Assembly (NCBI GenBank): GCA_965247095.1
Contig: OZ251997.1
Location: 1,760,001-1,824,000, forward strand
From: Candidatus Multivorans sp.
GTDB taxonomy: Bacteria > Acidobacteriota > Thermoanaerobaculia > Multivoradales > Multivoraceae
Direction of reading: 5' to 3'
DNA length: 64,000 nucleotides
Part shown: positions 42,786 through 53,293 of the stretch, piece by piece
Layout: each line of letters begins with the position of its first letter
Numbering within the stretch: position 1 is the stretch's first letter
Made by a program: the position numbers and the translations under genes
The notes under the pieces: generated by a model
Told to the model about the DNA's origin: nothing
Seen by the model: only the letters and a program-made list of their open reading frames with translations
Database searches by the model: none

Positions 42786-44987
42786 CTACTCCAGGTGCCA
42801 GCCGTGGTCGGCCTGGAGCAGGGCCCGCTGCGAGTCGAACGGCGCGCCCTGATCCTCGGGCTCGACGCGCGTGTAGCCGCCGTCCGATTCCAGACGGCGG
42901 CAGTTCGCCGTATCGACCAGGTGTGGCGCCAGGATGTCGCGTAGCGCCGCCCGGCGCAGGTCCGGATCGAGAATCGGACACAGCAGTTCGACCCGGCCAT
43001 TCAGGTTGCGCGGCATGATGTCCGCGCTGCCGGTGAACAGTTCTTCGTCGCCGCCGTTCCGGAAGTAGTAGAGACGCGAGTGCTCCAGGAACCGGCCGAC
43101 GATCGAGGTCACCGAAATGTTCTCGGACAGGCCCGGCAAACCGGGTCTCAAACAGCAGGTTCCGCGCACTTGGAGCAGTACCTCTACGCCCGCCTGGGAG
43201 GCGCGGTACAGCGCGTCGATGCAATCCCGGTCGACCAGTGAGTTCATCTTCAAGATCAGGCGACCGCAGCCGCGCCGGCGGTGGTCCTCGATCTCCCGAT
43301 CGATCCGCCGGATCAGCTCCCGGCGCATCTGCACGGGCGCGACCAGCAGCTTGCTGTAGCTCTCCTCGCGGGCATAGCCGGTGATCGAGTTGAACAGCTT
43401 GGCGACGTCCGAAGTGATGTCGTCGTCGTCGGTCAGGAGACCGATGTCGGTGTAGATGCGCGCCGTGACCGGGTTGTAGTTGCCGCTCGCCAGGTGGACG
43501 TACGAATGCAGGGTGCCTGCTTCGCGGCGGACGACGAGACACATCTTGGCGTGCGTCTTGAGCCCGAACACGCCGTAGACCACATGAACGCCGGCGGCTT
43601 CCAGCGCCCGGGCCCAACCGATGTTGTACTCCTCGTCGAAACGGGCTTTCAACTCGACCAGAACCGAGACCTGCTTCCCTTTCTCGCGCGCTTCCATCAA
43701 CGCCTCGACCACCGGTGAGTTCGCGCCCACCCGGTAGAGCGTCTGCTTGATCGCAATCACGTCCGGGTCGGCGACCGCCTCGCGCAGCAGCCGCACGACC
43801 GGCGAGAAGCTGTCGTACGGGTGGTACAGCAGATGGTCGCGCCGGCGAATCGACTGGAACAGGGGTTCGTCGGACCGTAGCGCCGGATGGCGGACCGGCC
43901 GGATCGGGGCGTCCCGAAGTTCCGGACGGTCGAGGAAGGCGATCTCACTCAGGTCTCCCAGGCCGAGAGGCGAAGGCAACGTATCGACCTGGAAGGGCGC
44001 CAGCCCCAGGTTCCGTTCCAGGATGGCCCGGATCTTCTTGGGCGTGTCCTCCCGCACCTCGAGCCGCACAACCGAGCCGAAGTACCGCTGGCCGACGACC
44101 TCCACGATCGCGGTCAACAGATCGTCCGCCTCGTCGTCCTCGATCTCCAGGTCGGCATCGCGGATGACGCGGAACGTGTAGGCAGCAACAACCTCGAAGC
44201 CGGGAAACAGGAGGTCGAGATTGGCAGCGATCAGCTCCTCGATCCACACGAACTTCCCGCGCGCCGACTTGTCCAGCCCGAGTTCGTCCCGGCCGCCCCC
44301 CGGCGCCCGCACCAGGCGCGGCAGAAGCTGCGGCACCTTGACGCGGGCGAAGCGCTGCCCCTGGCTCCCGTCGTCGATCACCACGGCCAGGTTCAGGCTC
44401 AGGTTCGAGACGTGGGGGAAGGGATGGCTGGGATCGAAGGCAAGCGGCGTCAGGACCGGGAAGATCTCGCGTTCGAAGTTGGCGCGCAGCTTGCGCTTCT
44501 TCCTGGCCGAGAGGTCGTCGTAGGAAACGATCTCGATGCCTTCGTCCCGGAGCTTGGGCAGCAGATCGCCGTGCCAGCAGCCGTAGACGAGCTGGCGCTC
44601 GCTCTGCAGGTGGGACCGGATGCCGGCCAACTGCTCGGACGGCGTCATGCCGTCCGGCGGCGCCTCCAGCGCGCCGCGCTCCAACTGCCGGCACAGCCCC
44701 GACACCCGCACCATGAAGAACTCGTCCAGGTTGGTGCCGTAGATCGACAGGAACTTGACCCGCTCCAGCAGTGGGTGCCGTGGATCGCACGCTTCCTCAA
44801 AGACCCGGCTGTTGAACTGCAGCCAGCTCAGCTCCCGGTTGATGTAGTGCTCGGCCAGCCCCGGCGTGATCGCCGGCGGCCGCGCTTCGGTCGCCGTCTC
44901 GGGTTCCACCTCGCAAGCCGGCGCCGGAACCGGCGCAAGCGACGGCTCGATCAGACTCTCAGCGGCTGCGGACTCTGGGTTCGCCAC
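42786..44987 (-). CDS. ppk1: Polyphosphate kinase 1
   Basis: NRELSWLQFNSRV, NLDEFFMVRV, HPYDSF, VELKARFDE, KTHAK, GRFLEHSR; start inferred. Confidence 0.95.
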   Translation of the reverse strand: MANPESAAAESLIEPSLAPVPAPACEVEPETATEARPPAITPGLAEHYINRELSWLQFNSRVFEEACDPRHPLLERVKFLSIYGTNLDEFFMVRVSGLCRQLERGALEAPPDGMTPSEQLAGIRSHLQSERQLVYGCWHGDLLPKLRDEGIEIVSYDDLSARKKRKLRANFEREIFPVLTPLAFDPSHPFPHVSNLSLNLAVVIDDGSQGQRFARVKVPQLLPRLVRAPGGGRDELGLDKSARGKFVWIEELIAANLDLLFPGFEVVAAYTFRVIRDADLEIEDDEADDLLTAIVEVVGQRYFGSVVRLEVREDTPKKIRAILERNLGLAPFQVDTLPSPLGLGDLSEIAFLDRPELRDAPIRPVRHPALRSDEPLFQSIRRRDHLLYHPYDSFSPVVRLLREAVADPDVIAIKQTLYRVGANSPVVEALMEAREKGKQVSVLVELKARFDEEYNIGWARALEAAGVHVVYGVFGLKTHAKMCLVVRREAGTLHSYVHLASGNYNPVTARIYTDIGLLTDDDDITSDVAKLFNSITGYAREESYSKLLVAPVQMRRELIRRIDREIEDHRRRGCGRLILKMNSLVDRDCIDALYRASQAGVEVLLQVRGTCCLRPGLPGLSENISVTSIVGRFLEHSRLYYFRNGGDEELFTGSADIMPRNLNGRVELLCPILDPDLRRAALRDILAPHLVDTANCRRLESDGGYTRVEPEDQGAPFDSQRALLQADHGWHLE

Positions 44988-45057
44988 GGTAACCGCTGAT
45001 TTTACACCGCTTCCGGCGCCCGTGCGGCAGCCGAACGGTCCGCGGGGCTGGCGACGG

Positions 45058-47022
45058 CTAGGAGGCTGCGCGCCGCCGGACCACAACGAAGGTCACGTCG
45101 TCGGACGGAACTCCCCCGGGGGAAAGTTCTTCGACCCAGCGCTCGAACTCCGCTACCGCCTCCGCCGCGGGGAGCTGGCCCACGTCGCGCCAGCGGCCGG
45201 CAACGACCGGGTAACTCACCGGCTCGCCGCTTGCGTCCAGCATCTCGGGCAAGCCGTCGCTCATCAGGAGCGCCGCGTCACCCGGATCGAGCCGGACCTG
45301 GTGGCGCTCGTACGAGGCATGGGCCATGGTGCCGAGCGGCACCCCGGAACTCATGATCTCCTCGACCTCGCCGGATGGACAGCGACTGACGAGCACGGGC
45401 GGCATGCCGGCGGAGGCGAGGTCGAGCACGCCCTCGTGGTACCGCGCCAAAACCAGCGCCATCGCCCGCCGGCCCAGGTTCATCGACCGGATGGCCGCCG
45501 TCGCATGGGACAGGAACGCCGCCAGGTCGAGGCCCAGGTCCGCGGACGCCAGCAACGTCTTCACCACCGTGACCATGGTGCCGGCGCGCGCACCGTGCCC
45601 GGTGGCGTCGCCGACCGCAATGATCAGGGAGCCGTCGTGCCGGGGCCTGAAGTCGTAGTAGTCGCCTCCGACTTCCGAGGCCGTGCGCAGGAACACGGCG
45701 ATTTCGAGGTCGGGGTGCTCCGGCAGCGTCGCGGGCAGCAACGAGAGCTGGAATCGCCGCGCCTCCTCCAACTCCATCGTCTGCCGCTCGTTCTCCGCTT
45801 CGAGCAGCCGGCGGCCGACCTCCTGCTGACGGCGGAGCCGTTCCTGCTCCAGCAACTGCCGCCTGTTCTTCTCCTGATCGCGGGCCATGCGATTGAACGC
45901 CTCGCCCAGCTTGCCCACCTCGTCGCGACCACCCAGGCGCGCCCGGGCCGAGGCGACGCCCCTGGCCAGGCGGTCGACCTGTCTGGTCAGGTGGCTGAGC
46001 CGGCGCGTGAGGCGGTTGGCCAGCGGAGCGGCCGCGAACAGGGACAGGCTCACCAGGCCGACGCCGACACCGAAGTTCCGCAACGAGGCGCTGCGCATCT
46101 CGGCCAGAGACGCGCCGATCGGACGGACGATGCCGTAGACGAGGTCACCTTCCACCGCGGCCTGGGTCACCACCACCCAATTGCTCAAGCCCCTCCACAG
46201 GGCCTCATCTCCGGCGACGAGAGCCTCGGGGAGCGGCTGCCCACCCGGACAGCGCACGCCCTGGAGGAACTCCAGCTCCTCCGGCGCCGAGGTGTAGATC
46301 TCGCCCTCCGCGTCGATCGCGAACGGCACCGCGCCGCCCGTGCGAGGAATCCGGCTCAGTACATTGCGCATCAACCTTTCGGGCCGGATCCCGGCGTGCA
46401 GCTCGCCAACCACGTGGCCGTCCCGGTGGACGGGAGTCGAAACCGGGCCGCCAAAGATCTGGGCCATTCGATCCCGCGCCCTGCGCAACCACTCCGGGTC
46501 GTCCAGCCCCATCCCAGGCGCCCCGTTTCCTTCCGTCATCCCCGGCCGCTCCGGGCGGCCCCCTGACGGGCGCCCGTCCCGGTCGCCGAACCGCGACCAC
46601 AGGAAACGTCGGCCCGCCCTGCCCACCTGTCCGGGGTCGCCGGGAGCGTCGGCGCCGAGCGCCCCACCCGGCGGAACGACTCGTCCGGGCTCGGGCGCGC
46701 CGGCAGGCACGAACTCAAGCACTTCGACGAAGTTCGCGCTGTCGCCCAAGTTGCTCAGCAGTTGGTCCACCAGCGCCTCCCGGTCGACGTACTGGGGGTC
46801 GTCGAAGGGCAGCATCATCCCGAGCGTCCCCACATACCGCTGCAGATCTTCCCTCGTGCGGCGAAGCCCGACCGAGATCTGCCTGGCGACGTCCAGCGTC
46901 TCGGCCTGGACCGCGGTGCGGAACGCATTCGCCGAGGAGACGTACGAATAGCCGACGATGCCTGCCAGGGGCAGAACCGCCAGGACCAGGAAGGCGAGGA
47001 TCAGTTGGCTACGCAGCTTCAT
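45058..47022 (-). CDS. Membrane sensor PP2C/SpoIIE phosphatase with HAMP domain
   Basis: Two TM, DEVGKLGEAFNRM (HAMP), EVGGDYYD, GDATGHG, SDGL, DDVT. Confidence 0.9.
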   Translation of the reverse strand: MKLRSQLILAFLVLAVLPLAGIVGYSYVSSANAFRTAVQAETLDVARQISVGLRRTREDLQRYVGTLGMMLPFDDPQYVDREALVDQLLSNLGDSANFVEVLEFVPAGAPEPGRVVPPGGALGADAPGDPGQVGRAGRRFLWSRFGDRDGRPSGGRPERPGMTEGNGAPGMGLDDPEWLRRARDRMAQIFGGPVSTPVHRDGHVVGELHAGIRPERLMRNVLSRIPRTGGAVPFAIDAEGEIYTSAPEELEFLQGVRCPGGQPLPEALVAGDEALWRGLSNWVVVTQAAVEGDLVYGIVRPIGASLAEMRSASLRNFGVGVGLVSLSLFAAAPLANRLTRRLSHLTRQVDRLARGVASARARLGGRDEVGKLGEAFNRMARDQEKNRRQLLEQERLRRQQEVGRRLLEAENERQTMELEEARRFQLSLLPATLPEHPDLEIAVFLRTASEVGGDYYDFRPRHDGSLIIAVGDATGHGARAGTMVTVVKTLLASADLGLDLAAFLSHATAAIRSMNLGRRAMALVLARYHEGVLDLASAGMPPVLVSRCPSGEVEEIMSSGVPLGTMAHASYERHQVRLDPGDAALLMSDGLPEMLDASGEPVSYPVVAGRWRDVGQLPAAEAVAEFERWVEELSPGGVPSDDVTFVVVRRRAAS

Positions 47023-47030
47023 CGCAAGTA

Positions 47031-47900
47031 CTAACCGGAGTCGGGCGCCCGAGCTTCCCGGTCCGCCCCAGCCTTGAGGGTCGGCTGCCGCACCAACCCG
47101 CCATCCTTGCGCCGACCGACCAGCGAGCTGACCACGCCGTGAAGCGCCCGCACCTCGTGCTCCCTGAGCTCCGCACGGTGCAGGATACTCCGCAGGTTGC
47201 GGACCATGATTCCCCGCTTTTCCGTTACGCGCAGGAAGCCGGAGGCGTCGAGCTCCTGCTCCAGGTGCTCGAACAGGTTGACGAGTTGCGCCGCGGTGGC
47301 GAGCGGCGTCGTCGACTTCGGGCCGGCGGCTGCCACCGAGCCGCCTGCCTCGGCCTCGAACCAGGCGTGGGCGACCAGCAGCACCGCCTGCGCCAGGTTG
47401 AGCGACGAGTACTCCGGATTCAGAGGAATGTGGACGATGTGCGACGCCAGGGCAACGTCGTCGTTGCCGAGTCCTGTGCGCTCAGGACCGAACAGCACCC
47501 CCGAGCGGAGCCCCTGCGCGGCGCAGCCCCGGACTTCGATGGCCAACTCGCCCGGTCCGATCGCCGGTTTGAGCAGATCGCGACGGCGCGCGGTCGTGGC
47601 GTACACGCGGTGCAGATCGGCTACGGCCTCGGCCGTGGTCTCGAACACCGCTGCCCGGTCGACGATCTCACGGGAAACCCCGGTCGCCATCGCCTGCGCG
47701 CGCTCGTTCGGCCAACCGTCGCGCGGCGCCACCAGGCGCAACTCGGTCAACCCGCAGTTCAGCATCGCCCGGGCCGCCGCCCCGATGTTCTCGCCCAACT
47801 GCGGGCCCACCAGAACGATCACCGGTCGCAGGGAGGCCCCTGGCGCGTCGCCCTGCGCCTCAGCCGCCCTGGCTTCCGCCTCTGATCTTTGACTAGCCAT
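47031..47900 (-). CDS. trmJ: SPOUT tRNA methyltransferase TrmJ family
   Basis: ENIGAAARAMLNCG, LFGPERTGL, YSSLNLAQAV. Confidence 0.88.
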   Translation of the reverse strand: MASQRSEAEARAAEAQGDAPGASLRPVIVLVGPQLGENIGAAARAMLNCGLTELRLVAPRDGWPNERAQAMATGVSREIVDRAAVFETTAEAVADLHRVYATTARRRDLLKPAIGPGELAIEVRGCAAQGLRSGVLFGPERTGLGNDDVALASHIVHIPLNPEYSSLNLAQAVLLVAHAWFEAEAGGSVAAAGPKSTTPLATAAQLVNLFEHLEQELDASGFLRVTEKRGIMVRNLRSILHRAELREHEVRALHGVVSSLVGRRKDGGLVRQPTLKAGADREARAPDSG

Positions 47901-47946
47901 TCTTATTCGTAGCGCTACGACCGCGCAGGATAGCTAGGCTACACAG

Positions 47947-50535
47947 GTGACTCCCGCCCACCTCGCGGATCGGCTGCCCGAGACTCCGGGGGCGATTCCT
48001 CCCGACGACATCCTGGAACGGTTCCTGGACTGGGTCGCCGGGCTCGGCTTCGAGCTCTTTCCACCGCAGGAGGAGGCGCTGATCGAACTGATGGCCGGGC
48101 GCCACGTGGTCCTCGACACGCCGACCGGGTCCGGCAAGTCCCTGGTCGCGATGGCCCTTCTGTTCAAGGGCCTCTGTGAAGGTCGGACCGGCATCTACAC
48201 AGCGCCGGTCAAGGCCCTCGCCTCGGAGCAGTTCTTCCGCATGTGCGACGAGTTCGGCGCCGAGCGCGTCGGCATGCTGACCGGCGATGCGAGCATCAAC
48301 CCGGAAGCGCCGATCGTCTGCTGCACCGCCGAGGTGCTCGCGAACATGGCGCTCCGGCAGGGCGCGGCGCTGCCGGTCGATTACGTGGTCATGGACGAGT
48401 TCCACTACTACTCGGATCGGGAGCGCGGCGTCTCGTGGCAGGTGCCCCTGATCACCCTCCCCGACACGACCTTCCTGTTGATGTCGGCGACGCTCGGCAA
48501 CATGGCGCCGATCAGCGAGGCTCTCGAACGGGCCACGAAGCGGCCGGTCGCGCTCATCAGCAGCCGGGACCGCCCGGTGCCGCTCGAGTACGAGTACCAC
48601 GAGACACCCCTGGGTACGACGATCGACGACCTCGTCGCCGGCGGCAGGGCGCCGATCTACGTCGTCAACTTCACCCAACGCGACTGCGCCCAACTGGCGC
48701 AGAGCCTGACCAGCCTGAGGCTCTGCACCCGGGACGAGAAGAAGGCGATCTTCGAAGGCGTGGGCGACTTCCGTTTCGACACCGCGTACGGCAAGGAGGT
48801 GCGGCGCTTCCTGAGCTTCGGGATCGGCATTCACCACGCCGGGCTGCTGCCGAAGTACCGGCTGCTGGTCGAGAAGCTCGCGCAACTCGGGCTGCTCAAG
48901 GTCATCGCCGGCACGGACACTCTCGGCGTCGGCGTCAACGTGCCGATACGCACCGTCCTCTTCAGCCAGCTCAGCAAGTACGACGGCCAGGACGTGGCCA
49001 TCCTCAAGGTGCGGGACTTCCAGCAGATCGCCGGGCGGGCCGGCCGCAAGGGGTTCGACGAGCAGGGCTGGGTCGTTTGCCAGGCGCCGGAACACGAGAT
49101 CGACAACCAGCGCCGCCGGATGAAGGCTTCAGCCTCGCCTCGCGGCAGGCGCCGCAAGCAGTTCCGCAAACGGCCTCCTCCCCGGGGTTTCGTGCCCTGG
49201 GACGAGCGCACCTTCCGGCGTCTGATCCACAGTCGACCGGAGACGCTCGAATCCCGATTCCGGCTCAGCCACGGCATGGTGTTCGACCTGATCCAGGCCG
49301 ACGAACCGACCGGGAACGGCGGCCCCCAACAGAACTTCACCTCGATCCGGCGGTTGATCGCCGCGTGTCATGAGAAACCCGCCAGAAAGAAGCGCCTGAT
49401 CGGCCAATCGGCAGAACTGATCCGGGCGCTCCACCGTGGCGGCATCGTGCGCATGGCGCCTTCGCACGGCAACGGCTACCGGGCCGAGGCGGACCGCAAC
49501 CTCCAGTTCGAGTTCTCGATGCACCAGAACCTGTCGCTCTACCTGGTCTCGACCCTGGAACTGCTCGATCCGGAGGATCCCGACTACGGCCTGGACCTGC
49601 TCAGCCTGGTCGAGGCGATCCTCGAGAACCCCGAGATCGTGCTCCGCCAGCAGGCTCGCAAGCTGCGCGACGAGCTGGCCGCCAGGCTCAAGGTCGAGAG
49701 GGTGCCGTTCGAGGAGCGGATGGAGCGGCTACGCGAGGTGACGCATCCGAGACCGCTGGCCGATCTCATCGAACCGACGTTCGCGGAGTTTCGCCGTTCC
49801 CACCCCTGGGTCCTCGGCGATTCGATCCGGCCGAAGCGGGTCGGCCGCGAGGTCTACGAGGACTTCCTGAGCTTCGACGAGTTCATTCGTCGCTACGGGC
49901 TGCAACGCTCCGAAGGCGTCGTTCTCCGCTACCTGAGCCGATTGTTCAAGGTCCTGAGCCGCGGCGTGCCGGACCGTTTCAAGACGGAGGCCGTGTTCGA
50001 CCAGCTCGGCTACTTCCACGCCCTGCTCAGCCGGGTCGACCGCAGCCTGCTCGACGAGTGGAAGCGGCTGCTCGAACCGGTCGCGGGCGACGGTCCGACG
50101 GCGGGCGCCGAACGCGCCGCCGAAGCCTACGATCTCAGGAGCTCCCGGCGCGCCTTCGCTGCCCGCGTGCGCGGCGAACTGCACCAACTCGTGCGAGCCC
50201 TCGCCGTGCACGACTTCGAAGAGGCGGCGCTCCTCGTCGGACCGGATCGCGGCGGCCGCTCCTGGACCCCCGAACGCCTGCAGGAAGCACTCGAACCGTT
50301 CTTCGCCGAGCACGAACGGATCGACATCTCACCGGCCGCCCGGCAGGCCCGGTTGACCGCGATCGACGAAGCGACCGCCCGGGACTGGACCTTCCGCCAC
50401 GTGCTCCTCGACCCGGAAGGCGAGAACATGTGGTCGCTCGAAGGCGTGATCGACCTCGGCGCCCTCACCGTCGACCGGGAGAGTCAGGCGGCGGAAACGC
50501 GCCGGCTCCTGCGCCTGGACCGGATCGGTACCTAG
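47947..50535 (+). CDS. Ski2-like DExH helicase with DUF3516-like C-terminus
   Basis: PTGSGKS, DEFH, MSAT, HHAGLLP, GTDTLGVGVN, QIAGRAGR, RSEGVVLRYL. Confidence 0.9.
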   Translation: MTPAHLADRLPETPGAIPPDDILERFLDWVAGLGFELFPPQEEALIELMAGRHVVLDTPTGSGKSLVAMALLFKGLCEGRTGIYTAPVKALASEQFFRMCDEFGAERVGMLTGDASINPEAPIVCCTAEVLANMALRQGAALPVDYVVMDEFHYYSDRERGVSWQVPLITLPDTTFLLMSATLGNMAPISEALERATKRPVALISSRDRPVPLEYEYHETPLGTTIDDLVAGGRAPIYVVNFTQRDCAQLAQSLTSLRLCTRDEKKAIFEGVGDFRFDTAYGKEVRRFLSFGIGIHHAGLLPKYRLLVEKLAQLGLLKVIAGTDTLGVGVNVPIRTVLFSQLSKYDGQDVAILKVRDFQQIAGRAGRKGFDEQGWVVCQAPEHEIDNQRRRMKASASPRGRRRKQFRKRPPPRGFVPWDERTFRRLIHSRPETLESRFRLSHGMVFDLIQADEPTGNGGPQQNFTSIRRLIAACHEKPARKKRLIGQSAELIRALHRGGIVRMAPSHGNGYRAEADRNLQFEFSMHQNLSLYLVSTLELLDPEDPDYGLDLLSLVEAILENPEIVLRQQARKLRDELAARLKVERVPFEERMERLREVTHPRPLADLIEPTFAEFRRSHPWVLGDSIRPKRVGREVYEDFLSFDEFIRRYGLQRSEGVVLRYLSRLFKVLSRGVPDRFKTEAVFDQLGYFHALLSRVDRSLLDEWKRLLEPVAGDGPTAGAERAAEAYDLRSSRRAFAARVRGELHQLVRALAVHDFEEAALLVGPDRGGRSWTPERLQEALEPFFAEHERIDISPAARQARLTAIDEATARDWTFRHVLLDPEGENMWSLEGVIDLGALTVDRESQAAETRRLLRLDRIGT

Positions 50536-50547
50536 GAGCAGGCGGCG

Positions 50548-51225
50548 CTAACGCCGCCGCTCCACCCCCAGCTTCGGACACCACTCCTCCACCGGACAGC
50601 GCGAGCACCAGGGGCTGACCGGCACGCACAGCTTCTGACCGAAACTGACCAGCGTCTTGTTCAGGCCGATCCACTGGCTCCGCGGCAGCTTCGCGCGCAG
50701 AGCCATTTCGGTCTCCAGGGGATTGCGGGTATCCACGTAGCCCCACAGGTTCGTGATCCGGTGGACGTGGGTGTCGACGCAGATGCCGGGCCGCCGGAAG
50801 CCCTCGGTGACGACCAGGTTCGCGGTCTTGCGTCCGACGCCCGGCAGTTCGATCAGCTCCTCCACCGTCTGCGGCACGTCGCCGCCGAACCGCTCCCGCA
50901 GCACGCCCATCGCGAGCCGGAGGTTCTTCGCCTTCGTGCGGTAGAAGCCGACCGGGAAGATGAGGCGCTCGAGTTCGGCAGCCGGCAGAGCCGCGATCTC
51001 CTCCGGTGTCGAGGCCGCGTCGAACAGCCGCCGGGTCGCGGCCGCTGTCGCCTCGTCCTTCGTCCGCGCGCTCAGAATCGTCGACACGAGCACCTTGAAC
51101 GGATCCTGCTCGGTCTCGGCAATCAGCGTCACGATCGGCAACCGGGTGCCCTCGAGGCGCCGCCGGATGCGCCGCAGCATCGCGGCCAGACGGCGGTTCG
51201 ACGGCGGCGTCGGCAGAGCGGACAC
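50548..51225 (-). CDS. nth: Endonuclease III
   Basis: HhH LPGVGRKTAN, VDTHV, C-x6-C-x2-C-x5-C Fe-S motif. Confidence 0.93.
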   Translation of the reverse strand: MSALPTPPSNRRLAAMLRRIRRRLEGTRLPIVTLIAETEQDPFKVLVSTILSARTKDEATAAATRRLFDAASTPEEIAALPAAELERLIFPVGFYRTKAKNLRLAMGVLRERFGGDVPQTVEELIELPGVGRKTANLVVTEGFRRPGICVDTHVHRITNLWGYVDTRNPLETEMALRAKLPRSQWIGLNKTLVSFGQKLCVPVSPWCSRCPVEEWCPKLGVERRR

Positions 51226-51294
51226 GACGAAGCGACGCTACCAGCCCGTGTTGGCTGCAATAGCGCCGCCCGCAACTGCTGTTACCTTGACCTG

Positions 51295-52203
51295 ATGAAG
51301 ATCGCGGTGAGCGGCGCCTCCGGCCTGATCGGCAGCGCCCTGGTTCGCAGCCTGGAGACTTCCGGCCACCAGTGCCTGCACCTGGTGCGCCGGCGGCCGC
51401 GTGACTCGCGAGAGATGGAGTGGCAGCCCGAGCGCGGCCTCGCCAAGCCCACCGGCGTCGAAGGGTTCGACGCCCTCGTCCACCTGGCTGGCGAGAGCGT
51501 CGCCAGCGGGCGCTGGACCGCGGCGCGCCGCCGCAGAATCCAGTCCTCCAGAGCCCCGGCGACCCGCCGCCTGGTGGAATCTCTGAGCGGGCTCAAGCGG
51601 CCGCCGCGCGTGTTCGTCTGTGCCTCCGCGGTCGGCTACTACGGCGACAGGGGCGACGAGCTGCTGGACGAGGACTCCCCCGCGGGCGGCGGATTCCTGG
51701 CCTCCGTCTGCCGCGACTGGGAAGCCGCGGCCGCGACCGCGGCAACGGTCTGCGAACGGGTGGTGATGCTCCGCTTCGGCGTCGTGCTCTCGGCCGCCGG
51801 CGGCGCCCTGCCCCGGATGCTGGCGCCGTTCCGCTTCGGACTCGGCGGCCGCCTCGGATCGGGCCGGCAGTACTTCCCGTGGATTCACCTCGACGACGCG
51901 GTAGCCGCCATCCGCCACCTGATCGACCGCGGCGAAGGCCCCGTCAACCTCACCGCGCCGGAACCGGTCACGAACGCGGACCTCACCCGCTCGCTGGCGC
52001 GCACCCTGCGCCGGCCGGCGCTGCTCCCGGCGCCGACTCCGGCCCTCGTCGCGGTCTTCGGCGCCATGGCGCGCGAGGCGCTGCTGGCCAGCGCCCGCGT
52101 GGTCCCGGCACGCCTTCTAAGCGGCGGCTTCGCGTACCGCCACCCGACTCTCGACTCGGCTCTCGCTCACGAGTTGTCGCCGTTCGGCAACGCGATGAAG
52201 TAG
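51295..52203 (+). CDS. TIGR01777-family NAD-dependent epimerase
   Basis: SGASGLIG, HLAGESV, ASAVGYYG, GGRLGSGRQYFPWIH. Confidence 0.9.
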   Translation: MKIAVSGASGLIGSALVRSLETSGHQCLHLVRRRPRDSREMEWQPERGLAKPTGVEGFDALVHLAGESVASGRWTAARRRRIQSSRAPATRRLVESLSGLKRPPRVFVCASAVGYYGDRGDELLDEDSPAGGGFLASVCRDWEAAAATAATVCERVVMLRFGVVLSAAGGALPRMLAPFRFGLGGRLGSGRQYFPWIHLDDAVAAIRHLIDRGEGPVNLTAPEPVTNADLTRSLARTLRRPALLPAPTPALVAVFGAMAREALLASARVVPARLLSGGFAYRHPTLDSALAHELSPFGNAMK

Positions 52204-52417
52204 GCGCTTCTCGCCCGGGCAGGAGCATCGCCACGATCCCCGGAGGCCGTTGATCCGACATGGGGCTACAATCCGGGAAGCCAAGCGGCGCCCGGCGTGT
52301 TGGGAATGATGAGCGCTGTCGGCAGCCCACCCAGCCGCCAGGACACGGCCGGCAGCGAGCGGAGTTTCCATCCACCTCGCCGGTTTCCGTCAACGGACGC
52401 CCAGCCAACCCCAAGAC

Positions 52418-53143
52418 ATGGCCTTCAAACTCGAGAAACGCAAGACCTCCGGGTCCAAGTCCGCGACCTCATCCCTCCATTTCGGAGGCGCGCCCTACGA
52501 ATTGAAGCCGCAGAGCAGGACCCCGCTGCGAGTGGGCATCGTCGTCACGCTCGCCTTCCACGTCCTGCTGTTCCTGATCACCTTCCCCAACATGAAGCCC
52601 CGCCCGCTCCAGGCGGCGCAGGCGCAGAAGACCTTCATGGTCACGACGGTTCGTTTCAAGCCGCCGCCACCCGCGAGGGCGAAGCCCATCCCGAAGCCCA
52701 AGACGCGGAAGATCCCGATCCCGGATCCGACCCCGGACGATCCCGAGCCGCTGATCGAAGAAGAGCTGTTCGATGCGCCGGAGATCGACTTCGACGGCAT
52801 CAGCGACGTGCTGTTCGACATTCCCGCAGCTCCCTCCCCTGCCGGTCCGCCGGGAACCATGTGGGTCGAAGGCGATGTCCTGCCGCCGAAGAGAACCCAC
52901 GCCCCCCGGCCCAACTACACCGAAGAAGCCCGCCGGGCACGGGTCCAGGGCGTCGTCATCCTCCAGGCCGTGGTCGACACCCTGGGCAACGTGGGCTACG
53001 TCAAGGTCCTCAAGGGCCTGCCCGAAGGCCTCACCGAGTCCACCGTCCAGGTCGTCGAGCAGTGGCGCTACGAGCCCGCGACATTGAACGGCGAGCCGGT
53101 CCCGGTCTACATCAACCTGACCGTCAACTTCTCGCTGCAGTAG
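52418..53143 (+). CDS. tonB: Energy transducer TonB
   Basis: TM with His, Pro/Lys-rich linker, PNYTEEARRARVQGVV..WRYEPA C-domain. Confidence 0.88.
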   Translation: MAFKLEKRKTSGSKSATSSLHFGGAPYELKPQSRTPLRVGIVVTLAFHVLLFLITFPNMKPRPLQAAQAQKTFMVTTVRFKPPPPARAKPIPKPKTRKIPIPDPTPDDPEPLIEEELFDAPEIDFDGISDVLFDIPAAPSPAGPPGTMWVEGDVLPPKRTHAPRPNYTEEARRARVQGVVILQAVVDTLGNVGYVKVLKGLPEGLTESTVQVVEQWRYEPATLNGEPVPVYINLTVNFSLQ

Positions 53144-53170
53144 CGGGCGTCGGATCCGGCGACGCTCTCC

Positions 53171-53265
53171 TTGTCTTGCACCTATGCACCACAAGCCAGT
53201 TTGTGCAACACTTTGGCCTCAAGGTCGTGACACAAACCAGTTTGTCGTACACAGGTGTCACACAA
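53171..53265. repeat. 95-bp quasi-palindromic element, left copy
   Basis: Six TTGT-N4-CAC-like boxes in alternating orientation; gapless homolog at 54423-54517. Confidence 0.85.
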
Positions 53266-53293
53266 CGAGCGATCGGCTCCTCCAACGCCCCGT